A stretch of 64,000 nucleotides of DNA from the NCBI GenBank assembly GCA_051294375.1, contig CM119267.1:23986111-24050110 (forward strand), written 5' to 3'. The translations under genes were made by a program, and so were the position numbers. This DNA comes from Paraspadella gotoi (taxonomy: Eukaryota; Animalia; Chaetognatha). A model generated the notes under the pieces. It worked only from the letters and a program-made list of their open reading frames with translations, searched no databases and was not told the origin of the DNA. Below are positions 1 through 56,300 of this stretch, piece after piece; positions within the stretch are counted from its first letter, which is position 1; each line of letters opens with the position of its first letter.

Positions 1-1
1 A

Positions 2-29023
<29,022 letters not shown>

Positions 29024-31013
29024 GTCTTGAACCAATTTTTCGTTTTAAATAGTTTTTTTTTCTTGTTATATTTTCATTCATACCCTCCATTTTTTTCTTC
29101 TTTTCATTATCATTCACAAACATTATCCATCATCTTAATATGTTTTCTTTTCTTTTTTTTAAAGCCTTTTCTCTATGTTTTCATGGCTGTTCAAGGCGGT
29201 TGATCATTGACCGTGAAAATTTATCAAAGATCCCAAACTTCGTAGAGAATCGTTACTTGTGAAAACGAATTATGAAATTTTGTGATTGGTATTGTGACTG
29301 TTTTTAAACGAATGTGGCTTCGGAACTTCTGCGTAAAAGAGAATTTTAACTTTGGTATATTGGTTACTAACTCATGGTTTTGTCTTTTTTTTTACCTTTG
29401 ATAAGAATCTCATATGGCTATGCCGCGAAGAATTAAATCATAGGCTCTGAATTAAAATCCTGTAAATAAAACCAAGAAACATCATTCTCCTTGTGGCTAA
29501 ATTTAGAAGGTTTTGAGAGAAGTCTCAACCTCTTTATAACTGCTCGAGGCGCCATGAATGTAAATAAATAATACAGGATAAATCTGCGTAATTCTCCCCA
29601 ACTTAATGATCTTAAACGAGCCTAAAACTGAAAACATTATCCCAGAAATCAAACAACTTTTTTTTGCATTTCTTTTTTCATTATCTTTTGAATGATTTAA
29701 AAGTTTTTTGATGTTGATAGTTGTTATTTTTGTTTTTTTTAAATGAGATTCACAATTTTTCAGTGTATTTTGTAGAAAACATTTTTTTCCTTTTCACAAG
29801 CTTTGCGACTAATTGAAATTTATCACAATCGTCGCGTTCTGGGAGAAAAAAAAAACAACTATTAAACAGTCAAAAATATTTGAACTTCTCTTTGTAGATT
29901 ATTATATTACACGAGGGTGAGACTGGTATAGAATCATTGTTAGTTATAAAAAACCATCTGCTTGACCTTGTGTGTAAAGATTAAATAGCTTGAATATTTT
30001 TTATGGTGAATGAAGAAAAAACTACCATCTGTGATAATACTGCTTTGAAAAAACGCTATGATTATAGTAAAAATATATCTGAAATTGAAAAAAAATTCAA
30101 CAAAATTTTATTATAAAAACTTTATTTCTGATTAGCTTTTAGCCAATTAGTATTGTCTGGTGCAAAATTTTTAGCAGTTTGCGCCTTTCTTGCTTGGATC
30201 AAAACAAGAAAAAGTGTTGAGTCTAGAACCGGTAACAAACGGCTAGTCCGCGTCGCCATTGGCAACTTTTGGCCGCCATTTTGCTACAGCGGATTTTCCG
30301 TGTATTGACGACGAAAGAATTGTATTATCCTTGTAAGAGACCTAGTCTCTAGTAGAAATATTTAAAAAATTACTAGAACCATTACTCATCGACATCAGAT
30401 TTTAATAGTGAAATTTGTTTACATTTCACTCTCCGAGGTCATTGACTTCGTGTTCTAGCTTCTCGCTCAAGAGGGACGGGTTGGCGAACACACCGATGGA
30501 AACCCGACCGCCGAACCAGAATTTCTGGAATGCAAGGGCTCTAGCTAAGGTGGACCAGATTTTCAAAATAATTATAAAAATCATCATCAATTGATTATTT
30601 GAGCCATAGTTTAATAAAATGTTGAAATATGATAATATCTTTCATTTAACTTTCTAAACTGTCTTACGTTCCAACGAAAAAAAATTAACATTTCAAACCT
30701 TTATAGTAAACTTATAAAAAAAAAAAAAAAGGCCTCTCTGTTCTTATCCATGAATTAAAACTATATTAAGCCATTATTTTCTTTTTCTAATCTCTAGTTT
30801 TCACTTAAACTAGTTTTCAACCTTACCGGGCTTAGGGTGAGGGCAACTCCCATAACATCTCCTTCATTTCAACCTCATTAAATCTCGCTCCCGGCTTTAA
30901 ATCCTGTTTCGCAAGTTTTGAAAGATCAATTTATTAATCTCACAGTTTCTGGAAAATCCCAAAAACCTATTTAATTCCTGACCCTTAAAGAAGTTCTCGA
31001 AGTCGTCCAGACT

Positions 31014-31338
31014 CCTTTAAAACTACGGTCACGTCAAAGGATTAATTAATTATTAATTAATTATTAAACCGATTTTTTTTCCTTTAAAACTACGGTCACG
31101 TCAAAGGATTTATTAATTAATTATTAAACCGATTTTTTTTCCTTTAAAACTACGGTCACGTCAAAGGATTAATTAATTATTAATTAATTATTAAACCGAT
31201 TTTTTTCCTTTAAAACTACGGTCACGTCAAAGGATTAATTAATTATTAATTAATTATTAAACCGATTTTTTTTCCTTTAAAACTACGGTCACGTCAAAGG
31301 ATTAATTATTAATTAATTATTAAACTGATTTTTTTTTC
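31014..31338. repeat. Minisatellite, 5 units of ~60-67 bp
   Basis: cctttaaaactacggtcacgtcaaaggattaattaattatt...aaaccgattttttt repeated five times. Confidence 0.92.
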
Positions 31339-32069
31339 AACGAAAATGTGCGAAGGATTAGCAACCAAATAGATTTTTTTTACGTGTCCATTTAAAAAAA
31401 AAAAAACTTGGTTGTACAAGAAAAAAGAAACTTTTTTCCAAATTTTCTAAATCTTTTTTAAGGTGAATTTTAAAGGAATTTTAAAAAGGTAAGTCTATTG
31501 AATGAATCAATGAAAAGAGAAAAAAACCATAAAAACGACTACGATTCGGACGATCTTTTCCTTGAGAATCTATACTGATCGCGCAACAAGTTTCCCGTAT
31601 CATTTCGAGTTTTTTTTTGGGAAAAAAAAGAAAAAGAAAGAAAATCCACCCACTATATAACCACGAAAAGACAGGGTCAACGATCCTCCTAAAAATGGAG
31701 CAAAAAAAAAAAAAAAAAAAAAGCGACATAAGAAATTTTTAAAAAATTTAATTTCATGGTACTACTTCATTGGAGAGACAAAAAAATGTTTTTTTATTTA
31801 ATACAAAGAGCGGATATTGTTTATTATTTAATGAGTTAAATGAAAAAAATTTTGCTCTATTTTCAAAAAGCACCTGATCTCTAACTCTTAAACCAGAAAC
31901 CACAATTGTCTGACCCCATTCTATCTTTATTTAATCTTTAACAATAACTTTAATCCCTAATCTCTAACCATAATCCCTCATCTTTAAAATAAATACCTAA
32001 ACCAATTTCATATCTTAATCGTCGATTCTAACCCAAATCTTAAGTTTAATTAAACTAATGATGGATGCT

Positions 32070-35000
32070 TAGGGTGTGTCAAAATCTAAAAGTTGTTCTG
32101 ATCCTAATTTACATCTAACACGATGGGGCAGGGCCAAAATAAATAGGTTTGCACGAATCGCCATTCAAATTGGTCTAACACCCGTACGTCTACCCTTGCC
32201 TAAAGACAGTTTAGCACACCTTTCACATCATAAGTCACTGTGTCTAAAATATGAGAGATTTTGACGTCCACCTTAATTTATTAGTTGAAAAAATGTACAA
32301 AGTTAACTATATTAAAATTTGAAGTCTCTACTACATCTTGCGGCTCCACAACAGCATGCACAACCTGCTGGAGATTGTACAAGCCACTGCACTGATGGCA
32401 TTATCTATGGAGTTGTGGTGGTAACCTAAAAATTCCCCAAAAAGTTTTATTCACAACTTGGTACTCTTTGTAATTGAGCATCATTTTTTTTTTAAAAATT
32501 GTGTAGTCACATCCTGGAGGATAAATCCTGTACAGATTCTTTTAAAAAATAAATTATACACAAAATAGTTATCAATAATTTTTGTTATGGCATCAATTAA
32601 TAAAGGTAGATGGGTTGGCAGTGTATGCTAAATTTCATCTTGATAGACCATATACTTTTAAAGATAGACCCTTTTAAAGCATTTTTAAAAAAAAATTTTA
32701 AACACCAATGGTAAAGGAAATATTAAAATTATTTTTTCAATAATGGCTTCATTAGTTGAAAAAAGACTTTAATTTTATATTTTAACCATAATTTCATGAA
32801 CTTCAATATCAACATGCTCGTTAGAGGCATTCCTAAATTGTTGAAGGATGTGGACTAATGGTTGTGGCTGAAGATCAAGTTTAAAAAAGCAGTTTATTGT
32901 AAATCAAAATTTATTTTTTTTATTGATATTGGACTTACGCTTTGACTTTTCATTAGGGTATGCCCACATTTTCATGGATGCTTGGATGTTCAGACTGCTT
33001 GAAGGATTGTCAGCAAATGAAAACGTGAAGAGATTTTAACATTTTAAAAAGAGATACTTAAAGACAAGACATACTAATTGTTTATGTATAGATATCATTA
33101 CTTTAAGTTTACTTCTACTTTAACAGGAAGAGGTAAAAAATAGCTTTGAAAATGATATCCCTGCTCAATAGCTTAATGTTTTTGAATGAAAAAATTTTGT
33201 CTTACTTTCTGAACGATTTATAAAAAAGTTTTTCAAAAAATAACAATAATATTCATATTGTCTGAAAGACCTTAAAAAACTGTATACTATCGTAACTATG
33301 ATATATTTTTCAATTCCTTGAATAAAAAAAATTCTTTTTGAGGCCCGGTCGAAGTTATAAGTTACAGAAATATGACTACCTTATTTTTAAAAATAGTTAT
33401 ATTACTTTTAAGAAATTATAATTGATATTCCTGTATAAATTTTTAACGGGCTTTCTTGCAAATTAGTGAGATTATGATTGCTTAAATTAAGTTAAAAGAA
33501 CTATAAATTCCAGGTAACGAATTTCTCTTCATTTTTTAGTGAAAAGCTCGAATTTGCTCCTCATCTTTTTTTGCTCATTACGGACTCAAAACAAGAACAA
33601 ATATCAAAAAAATTATACATAAAAAATACTTTTGTCTTGTCTTTAAGTATCTCTATTCAAAATATTAAAATCTCTTCACGTTTTCGTAAGGTGAATTTTT
33701 TCAAGCGGTGGGTTTCAAATAGTCACGTGGTATTGTTTTGTTACTCAGTTACCCTCTGAAACAAATTAAAGATGCTGAAGTCCATTCTTGTTCATTGCGT
33801 ATTGTTTGAAAGAAATCAACGCATTAAAAATAATTTGTTCATCTTTTACAATTTGTAATTGTAGTGTCTTTTAGATAGTAAATAGATTTATTTTTTAACT
33901 GATGTTGATCATAATTGTCAAAGAATTTTTCATCTACGTAATGACGGTAGTACAAGTAGTTTTAAAAAGATTTTTTGAGACATATATTTAATTGTAATTG
34001 TATGTTTTGCGCCGCGCGGTTCCCTTTCGCGTTTTGGATCGCAAAATGCAAGCTTCTTTCCTGCGGTCCTAGATTGGCAAGCCTCGACCAATCTCCATCG
34101 AGAGATATCAATAAGAAATTAGACTTTTTTTACGCGCAGCCATCAAAGAAATGCATTGGTCGTAGGTTTATTTAAATAATAAATTAAGGACGAACTTATA
34201 TTTGGTCAATTGTAGGAAAGAGGGGATGATTCGTCCTGCTGTCGCAAAATAATGCAAAAAAGTTGTAAATTACAATTAATTTAGATAAGAAAGTCATCTG
34301 AAAGTACATTAAATGAACACTAATAGTGATTATTAGATGTTCTTATTTGGATCAGCGACACGGTGATCCCATAGCTGATTTATGGAGCTGTCGAAAACGG
34401 CCAAATCACGTTTCAAGATAACTAGCACAGACTCAACGTTTTTACATTTTCGCAACAAATGTTAGCTTGATTAATAATTTATAAATTACTTAATTTAAAA
34501 TAATGATAATTATATTTTTAAAATGCGCTCAACCATACCATTAACTCTATACATCGAATATTGATGTTCTTTGCATAGTATTATTTGTAAATTGTATGTT
34601 TGGAAGTTTTAACAAATAACTGTATCAAGCGTTTTTGTTATTTTGCGCGCGTTTTGGCTATTATGATAATAACCGTTCTATTTGTGAGAAAATAAGCTTT
34701 AGTATTTTTTACACATTAATATGATATATTATACATATAAATGGTAAGTGAACGTATTAAGGCTAATATTTCTGAATTATCAATCCTTCAAACAGTCTGA
34801 ACATCCAGGCATCCACGAAAATGTGGGCACACCCTAATGAAAATGCAAAGTGTAAGTCCAATATCAATAAAAAAAATAAATTTTGATTTACAATAAACTC
34901 TTACTGCTTTTTTAAACTTGATCTTCAGCCACAACCATTTGTCCACATCCTTCAACAATTTAGGAATGCCTCTAACGAGCATGTTGATATTGAAGTTCAT

Positions 35001-35726
35001 GAAATTATGGTTAAAATATAAAATTAAAGTCTTTTTTCAACTAATGAAGCCATTATTGAAAAAATAATTTTAATATTTTCTTTACCATTGGTGTTTAAAA
35101 TTTTTTTTTGAAAATGCTTTAAAAGGGTCTATCTTGAAAAGTATATGGTCTATCAAGATGAAATTTAGCATACACTGCCAACCCATCTACCTTTATTAAT
35201 TGATGCCATAACAAAAATTATTGATAACTATTTTGTGTATAATTTATTTTTTAAAAGAATCTGTACAGGATTTAGCCTCCAGGATGTGACTACACAATTT
35301 TTAAAAAAAAAATGATGCTCAATTACAAAGAGTACCTAGTTGTGAATAAAATTTTTTGGGTAATTTTTAGGTTACCTCCACAACTCCATAGATAATGCCA
35401 TCAGTGCAGTGGCTTGTACAATCTCCAGCAGGTTGTGGATGCTGTTGTGGAGCCGCAAGATGTGGTAGAGACTTCAAATTTTAATATAGTTAACTTTGCA
35501 CATTTTTTCAACTAATAAATTAAGGTGGACGTCAAAATCTCTCATATTTTAGACACAGTGACTTATGATGTGAAAGGTGTGCTAAACTGTCTTTAGGCAA
35601 GGGTAGACGTACGGGTGTTAGACCAATTTGAATGGCGATTCGTGCAAACATATTTATTTTGGCCCTGCCCCATCGTGTTAGATGTAAATTAGGATCAGAA
35701 CAACTTTTAGATTTTGACACACCCTA
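32070..35726. mobile_element. Non-autonomous long-TIR (Mutator/Foldback-like) DNA transposon, 3.66 kb, 9-bp TSD
   Basis: ~940-bp highly similar TIRs (32070..33009 / 34781..35726), termini TAGGGTGTG...CACACCCTA, flanked by ATGGATGCT at 32061..32069 and 35727..35735; no transposase ORF inside. Confidence 0.88.
33019..33685. repeat. Nested ~50-bp inverted repeat inside the long-TIR element
   Basis: gaaaacgtgaagagattttaa...gagatacttaaagacaagaca and its reverse complement at 33633..33685. Confidence 0.65.
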
Positions 35727-37048
35727 ATGGATGCTTTTGAAATTTTTATTGTATATTATTAAAAAAAAAAAAGTTTTGATAAGTTTGGCTATGGAGTAAT
35801 CTTTAAATGCGGAAATTTTTAAAATAATATCTCTATCAGACAAAAATCGTGTAAAATCAAATAATGGGAAACAATTTTTTTTGTCTCAATCATCGTCTCA
35901 CAAGCTATCAGTTTTCAACGAAACATCTTCAAATAATAATAATTGACACTTAAATTTCTCCTTCCATCTCTTTCAATATGGACATCAGGAACCTAATTAA
36001 AATTTCCACCAAATATGAACTTTCAGGTTTGTTTTCTAATTTTACTCCGTCACGTTGAATTGAAAGAGACGCAATTTTATTCCTTATCATTTCTACAACG
36101 CAGAGAAAATATTTAAAAAAATACTTAAAAAAATAATTTATTACATAACCATGCTGTCTTGCCATCACTGATGACCATCACTGATCACTGATGGCATTAG
36201 TTTGAAGAGTATCCTTCGCTTTCTTTCCTAAAGAAAAAAAATTCTGACTCAGCTCTTCTCAATTTTACTTCAACTCAATTTTACATCGTTGTCATCAATT
36301 TTCAATACAATATGGTCAATTTTAAAATTCCACGACGCTCGTTCGAAATGTGTAATACTTAAATAAAAAAATAATAGTACTATTTATATAGCATGCTAGA
36401 TTATTAAAAAAAAACTTTAAATAATTCCAGTAAAAGATTAAGAGAAAAGGTTACTTTTTTACTATTTTCAGAGAATCAGAACCAAAATTAAACAGGCCTT
36501 AACTCCTTTTAAATTAACCGTCGCTAAAACCTATTAGTTTTAACTTTATAAAATGCGCCTCGACACCATTATTACAACACTAGAATCGGACCCACCTTTC
36601 TTCAATCATAGTTCAAAAAATATTTCTTTAAGCAATCCGCTACTCATCTACGATTAAAACGGAGAAATCATTTCTCGTTTTTTTTCTTTCTCGGTTCTAC
36701 TACTTTTTTTTTTCGAGTCAACCGGATCCTTACCACCTTCAAACTCAAAAAGATAAAATAAAACCACGAATCTAGTTTACACTTTGTTTAAACAGAGATC
36801 AAATTTTAACTCATTTTTGACGGGGAACTTCCCTCGCGTTACAGATCCTCCGGAACAAGCTTCCGCCATCTTCGTCTCTCTCTCCCTCCGCTTCTTAAGA
36901 CATCTAAAGAGCTACACCTCGAAATGATCTCCGCAGTACAAGTTGCTGACGCAGCGGCGGCAAGTGCGGCAGCGACGGCGGCCGCAGCGTCGGCCCAACC
37001 CTTCCCGTTAGAAAAGAATGTGGAGTGCTACAATAAGATGTGTTTTTG

Positions 37049-37151
<103 letters not shown>

Positions 37152-37310
37152 AACCACTTACCTCCATCCGCCAATATTTTTTTCCTTAATTTTTTAAACA
37201 AGTTAACAATTTAAGACATAGTAGATTAATTTTTTGTATTTTATTTTATTTTAAAAATTTTATTTTTAGTTACGAATGCTTACGCGATAAAAGTGGTCCA
37301 GCTAGATCTA

Positions 37311-37312
<2 letters not shown>

Positions 37313-37385
<73 letters not shown>
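37313..37385. repeat. (GA)n microsatellite
   Basis: Directly visible. Confidence 0.95.
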
Positions 37386-37388
<3 letters not shown>

Positions 37389-38943
37389 CCTAACTTTGGC
37401 TTCTTAAAGATTATATTTATAGAAAAGGTAAATCACCATCTTTAGGACGTACACGTTTTATTACGGTCTAATCTATGTTAAGAATTCATTCTTTAAATGA
37501 TTAATGCATTTATTTCTTATTTCTTTTTCATTCATTCCTTCATTTCGTTAATTCACTAACTCTTAAGTGGAGGGGGTATTATAAGTAAAAGTAGAAATGA
37601 TCAATCTTAGAACTCATATTTCTATCATAAGAAGTACTAATATAAGTTATTATTAAAAGTTATAAAATTTATCATTAAAAGTACTAATAGAAGTAGTAAT
37701 AAAAGTTTTGGTATGAGAGCAGAAGAACTGGATCAGAGAGAAAGAGCTCAAGATTTTTCTCGCCATCAAAAAAATAAAAGTGAATAAAATCCTCGACGTC
37801 GGTTTCCGCCTCGAAAAACAGGTCCTTTGCTGAAACCCACCCTTTGGTAATTGCGTCTGCAGGGGCGGCGGCGGCGGCGGCTTTAGTAAAAATTAAAAGA
37901 GAAAATAAGGAATTTCTGAGGAGGCCAGAGAGAGAGAGAGAAAAAAAAAAGTAGTTATCACTTTCAGATATGTTTTCCGTGGACTTATTCGGGTTTTTTT
38001 TTTTGATAATAATAACAAGAAAAAATTCAAAATAAGACTAAAAAAAGTTTTTTTATTTTTAACCTCATTGATTGAGATTAATCCATTGAAGAAATTGTTA
38101 AATATTTGACAAATAAAATATGGAATCTTTTGATATTGTTTTTCATCCTCGTTACTCAAAATGACTGCGTTTTTTCTGGAAATGTGAAACAAAAAGCTGG
38201 TTCATATATTTAACTGTATAACAGTTTTAATTTACCTTAAATTATAATTCTAAAATATACAATGAGTTATTTAAACCTTTACTAATTATTTAATTTTTAA
38301 ATTTTTATTTTCCAAGCAGGAAAACTTGTAATCAAAAAATATTCATGAATAAAAAGAGTACTCTTAAAATTCAATATAAATCATTATAATTGAAAAGAAA
38401 AAACCAAATAATATTAAATACTATCAATAACTTAATAACTCAAAATCTAATAATTAAAGACGTTTAAGACTTTAAAAAATTAAATATCTTTAATTCATTA
38501 AAAGGCTAGGGTTATTGGTTTATTTTAAATTAAATCAATTTTACCGATATTAAAATATTAATGAATAGAGAAAATAATAAAAATATCTAGCGTCTGTATG
38601 TTTGTAGTATAAAATATGCTTATCTAAAAAATGGAAATATCTCACTTAAGTTACCTCTTGTATATACCTAGACTATAAAAAATATTAACAAAAAATTAAA
38701 ACAGGACTTAACAAGATATCATTTTAAAAGATAGGTTTGAGTTGATTAAAATTTAAAAATGCATTGAACGAATTCGCAGGCGATAATAAACACTTATCTA
38801 CTAAAAATAATTAAAAAAAAACAACTGGATAGAAGACATGCGAGTTTGAACTTCTTTGAAAAAACCTTTCCTTCCTTCACAACCGAAATGAAATAAACAA
38901 TTAAGAAACTTTTTAAAAAATGAAAAAAATTATTTCAAAAACT

Positions 38944-49607
<10,664 letters not shown>

Positions 49608-50244
49608 GATATGTAAAAAGTATTTATTAAATGTAACATATTTCTAATGGGTTATATTTGCCTGAATCCTTGTCATACAATTTTTTGGTCTGAGAAATTA
49701 ATGAACACTCAAAAGAGAATATTAGGTGCTAAAATGCCCTGAAGAAAACCATCAGATCTCAAAGCTTAACAAAAAAAACAAATAAAATTCAAAAAGCAAA
49801 ACAAAAAATGAATCAAAAAAACAATACACTGATTCTTTTTTCATTGGTTATTGTCTTTTTTGCAATGAAAAGGCATGAACATTCTTGTATTTATTAAGGG
49901 AAGCCTTTTTAAATACAAAAATCGGCCTTGCCAAATTATACCTAAAATTGTTTAAAAACTAAGGTAAAATAAATAAAAAACGTAAAAATAATGTAGACAT
50001 GCTTTTTTGTACATTAGTTGTGCTTAACGTTTTTTGTACTGTTAAAACATTTTTTTTATTTCTGTCCAGAAATTGAAAAAAAAATAAACTAAAAAAAAAA
50101 CAAACTAAAAACAACTTTAACTAAAAAAAGGGAAGCCTTCATATTTTGGACAATCGTCGTTACTATTTAAATCTTCCTTCAAAACGCATAATAAAACAAG
50201 GATAGATACTAAAACGAAGGGAGTCTGTCGATTTTGGGTTCAGA

Positions 50245-50308
50245 ATGAGGTGGACGAAAAGAATGAAGCTATCTCTTGTAGTGGCGGTGGTTCTTCTCCT
50301 GATAATTG
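50245..50308 (+). CDS. Gene 3 signal-peptide exon MRWTKRMKLSLVVAVVLLLII
   Basis: G|GTAAGT phase-1 donor splices to TACAG|ATGAA at 50592 giving DEINVAEGAGDKG, paralogous to gene 2 DRINDAEG. Confidence 0.8.
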
Positions 50309-50437
50309 GTAAGTTGATTAATTAAATTTTATAAAATTTGGTTTTTAGCATATCTGACTATGTAATTTACTTTGCCACTCTGTCTTCTTTTTAGGATCAG
50401 AAGAAAAAAAGAAATAAAGAAAGAAAAAAACAAAGAC

Positions 50438-50468
<31 letters not shown>

Positions 50469-50591
50469 AAAAAAAAGAGATGGCAAAAACTTTGTCAACT
50501 TGCAAAAAATACCTTAACCCAAACCGTTATCTATACTACTGCTTTGTTATGAATTAAAAAACTTATAAGATTCATACTTACTTTTTTACAG

Positions 50592-53360
<2,769 letters not shown>

Positions 53361-53365
53361 GAGAG

Positions 53366-56300
53366 ATCCCTTTTTCTCCTTTGTCCCCTTGGTCTCCTTT
53401 GTCTCCTTGATCGCCTTTGTCTCCTGCATTCCCTTGTCTCTTGATCTCCTTTTTCTCCTTTGTCCCCTTGGTCTCCTTTGTCTCTTGATTGCCTTTGTCT
53501 CCCTGCATTCCTTTATCTCCTTGATCTCTTTTTTCTCCTTTGTCTCCTTGGACTCCTTTGTCTCCTTGGTTGCCCTTGTCTCCTTGGTCTCCTTTTTCTC
53601 CCTGATCTCCTTTTTCTCCTTTATCTCCCTGGTCGCCTTTGTCTCCTTGATCACCCTTGTCTCCTTGGTCTCCCTTATCACCCTGGTCCCCTTTTTCTCC
53701 TTTGTCTCCTTGCTCCCCTTTATCTCCTTGGTTACCTTTGTCTCCCTGCATTCCTTTATCTCCCTGATCTCCCTTTTCACTTTTTCGCCTGGTAACTTTG
53801 TCTCCTTGGTTGCCTTTGTCTCCTGCATTCCTTTATCTCCTGATCCTTTTCACCTTTGTCGCCTTGTTCCCCATTGTCGCCTTGGTTGCTTATCTCCTGA
53901 TCTCCCTGTCACCCTGATATTTTCACTTTGTCTCCTGATTCCTTTTCTCCTTGATCGCTTTGTCTTTGTTCCTTTAGTTCTGATCTCCTTTTCTCTTTGT
54001 CCTTTGTCTTTGTCTCCTTGGTCCGCCCTTGGTCCGCCCTTGGTTCCCCTGTACTGATCGCTTTTTTCTTATTTCTTGATCTTTATTCCCTGGTTGCCTT
54101 TATCTCCTTGGTTTCCCTTCTCTCCCTGATTCACTTTTTCACCTTTTGTCCCTTGATCCCTTTGTCTCCTTGGTTGCCTTATCTCCCTGCATTCCTTTAT
54201 CTCATGTTTTTTCACTTTTAGTTGATCCTTTGTATTTGGTTGCCTTTGTCTTGTCCTTTTCTTGTCTATATCCTTTGTGCCTCCTGCCTTGGTGCCTTGT
54301 TCTCCGCATTCCTTTATCTCCCGATTCTTTTTCCCTTGTATGACACCTTGATCCTTGGTTGCTTTGTCTCCTTGCATTCCTTTATCCCTGATCTCCCTTT
54401 TTCACCTTTGTCTCCGCTGGTCTCCTTTGTCTCCTTGTTGCCCTTATCTCCCTGCATTCCTTTATCTCCCTGATGTCCTTTTCACACTTTGTCTCCCTGA
54501 TCCCCTTTATATCCCTGGTTGCCTTTGTCTCCCTGCATTCCTTTGTCTCCTTGATCTCCCTTTTCGCCTTTGTCTCCATGATCCCCTTTGTCTCCTTGTT
54601 ATTTGTTTGTTCCCTTATCTCCCTGTATTTTTTTCTCCCTTATTTTGATCTCTATTGTCTCCCTAGATTGCCTTTATCTCCTTGGTCTCCCTTATCTCCC
54701 TGATCTCCTTTTCACCTTTATCTCCTTGGTCCCCTTTGTTCTCCTTGATTGCCTTATACTTAATTTCCTTTATTCTCCTTGATCTCCTTTTCACCCTTAT
54801 CTCCTTGATTTCTTTGTCTCCTTGGTTACCCTTGTCTCCTTGGTTACCTTTTTCTCCTTGATCTCCCCTTTTCTCCTTTGTCTCCTTGGTCCCCTTTATC
54901 TCCTTGGTTGCCCTTGTCCCCCTTGGTTACCCTTATCTCCCTGATCCCCTTTTTCTCCTTTGTCTCCTTGGTCTCCTTTTTTTTCTCCTTGATCGCCTTT
55001 GTCTCCCTGCATTCCTTTGTCTCCTTGATCTCCTTTTTTCTCCTTTGTCTCCTTGGTCTCCTTTNNNNNNNNNNNNNNNNNNNNNNNNNCTCCCTGGCTC
55101 CCTCCTTTATCTCCTGGTTGCCCTTGTCCCCTTGGTTACCCTTATCTCCCTGATCCCCTTTTTTCTCCTTTGTCCCCTTGTCTCCTTTTCTCCTTGATCG
55201 CCTTTGTCTCCCTGCATATCCTTGTCTCCTTGATCTCCTTTTTTTCCTTTGTCTCCTTGGTCTCCTTTGTCTCCTTGATTGCCTTTGTCTCCCTGCATTC
55301 CTTTATCCCCTTGATCTCCCTTTTCGCCTTTGTCTCCTTGATCCCCTTTATCACCTTGGTTACCTTTCTCCCCCTGATCTCCCTTTTCACCTTTGTCTCC
55401 TTGGTTTCCTTTGTCTCCTTGAACCCCTTTGTCTCCTTGGTCTCCCTTTTCACCCTGATCTCCTTTTTCACCTTTGTCACCTTGGTCCCTTTGTCTCCTT
55501 GGTTGCCCTTGTCTCCCTGATTGCCTTTGTCTCCTTGATCTCCTTTTTCTCCTTTTCCCTTGTTCCTTTTCTCCTTTGGTTACCTTTGTCTCCTTGATCT
55601 CCTTTGTCTCCCTGATCACCTTTTTCACCTTTATCTCCTTGTTCTCCTTTATCGCCTTGATTGCCCTTGTCTCCTTGGTTTCCTTTTGTCCTTGATCTCC
55701 CTTCTCACCTTTGTCTCCCTGATTTCCTTTGTTCCTTGGTTGCCCTTGTCCCCTTGGTCGCCCTTATCTCCCTGAACACCTTTTTCACCTTTGTCGCCTT
55801 GTTCCCCTTTGTCTCCTTGGTTACCTTTGTCTCCCTGATTTCCTTTTTCTCCTTGATCTCCCTTTTCACCTTTATCACCTTGTTCTCCCTTGTCTCCTTG
55901 GTTGCCTTTATCTCCTTGATTTCCCTTATCTCCCTGATCACCTTTTTCGCCTTTGTCCCTTGATCCCTTTGTCTCCTTGGTTGCCCTTATCTCCCTGCAT
56001 TCCTTTATCTCCCTGATCTCCCTTTTCACCTTTGTCTCCTTGGTCCCTTTGTCACCCTGGTTGCCCTTCTCTCCCTGATCTCCTTTCTGGCCTTTGTCTC
56101 CTTGGTCTTCCTTTGTCTCCTTGATTGCCCTTGTCCCCTTGGTTACCTTTATTCCTTGATCTCCCTTTTCACCCTTGTCCCCTTGGTCTCCTTTATCTCC
56201 TTGATTCCCTTTGTCGCCTTGGTTTCCCTTTTCTCCCTGATCTCCTTTCTCACCTTTGTCTCTCCCTGGTTACCTTGTCTCCTTGGTTTCCTTTATCTCC

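Noticed and set aside
31014-31338. CRISPR-like repeat array
   Set aside because: The spacers are near-identical TAAT runs, the context is eukaryotic and there are no cas genes.
32076-32264. Twin 62-aa ORFs at 32076..32264 and 35532..35720
   Set aside because: Chance ORF mirrored in the two TIRs; no recognisable motif.
30390-36900. Scattered minus-strand exon-like, GC-richer patches (~30410..30520, ~30825..30950, ~35950..36230, ~36770..36870)
   Set aside because: I could not join them into an open frame; stops occur in all frames. A non-coding or decayed gene cannot be excluded.
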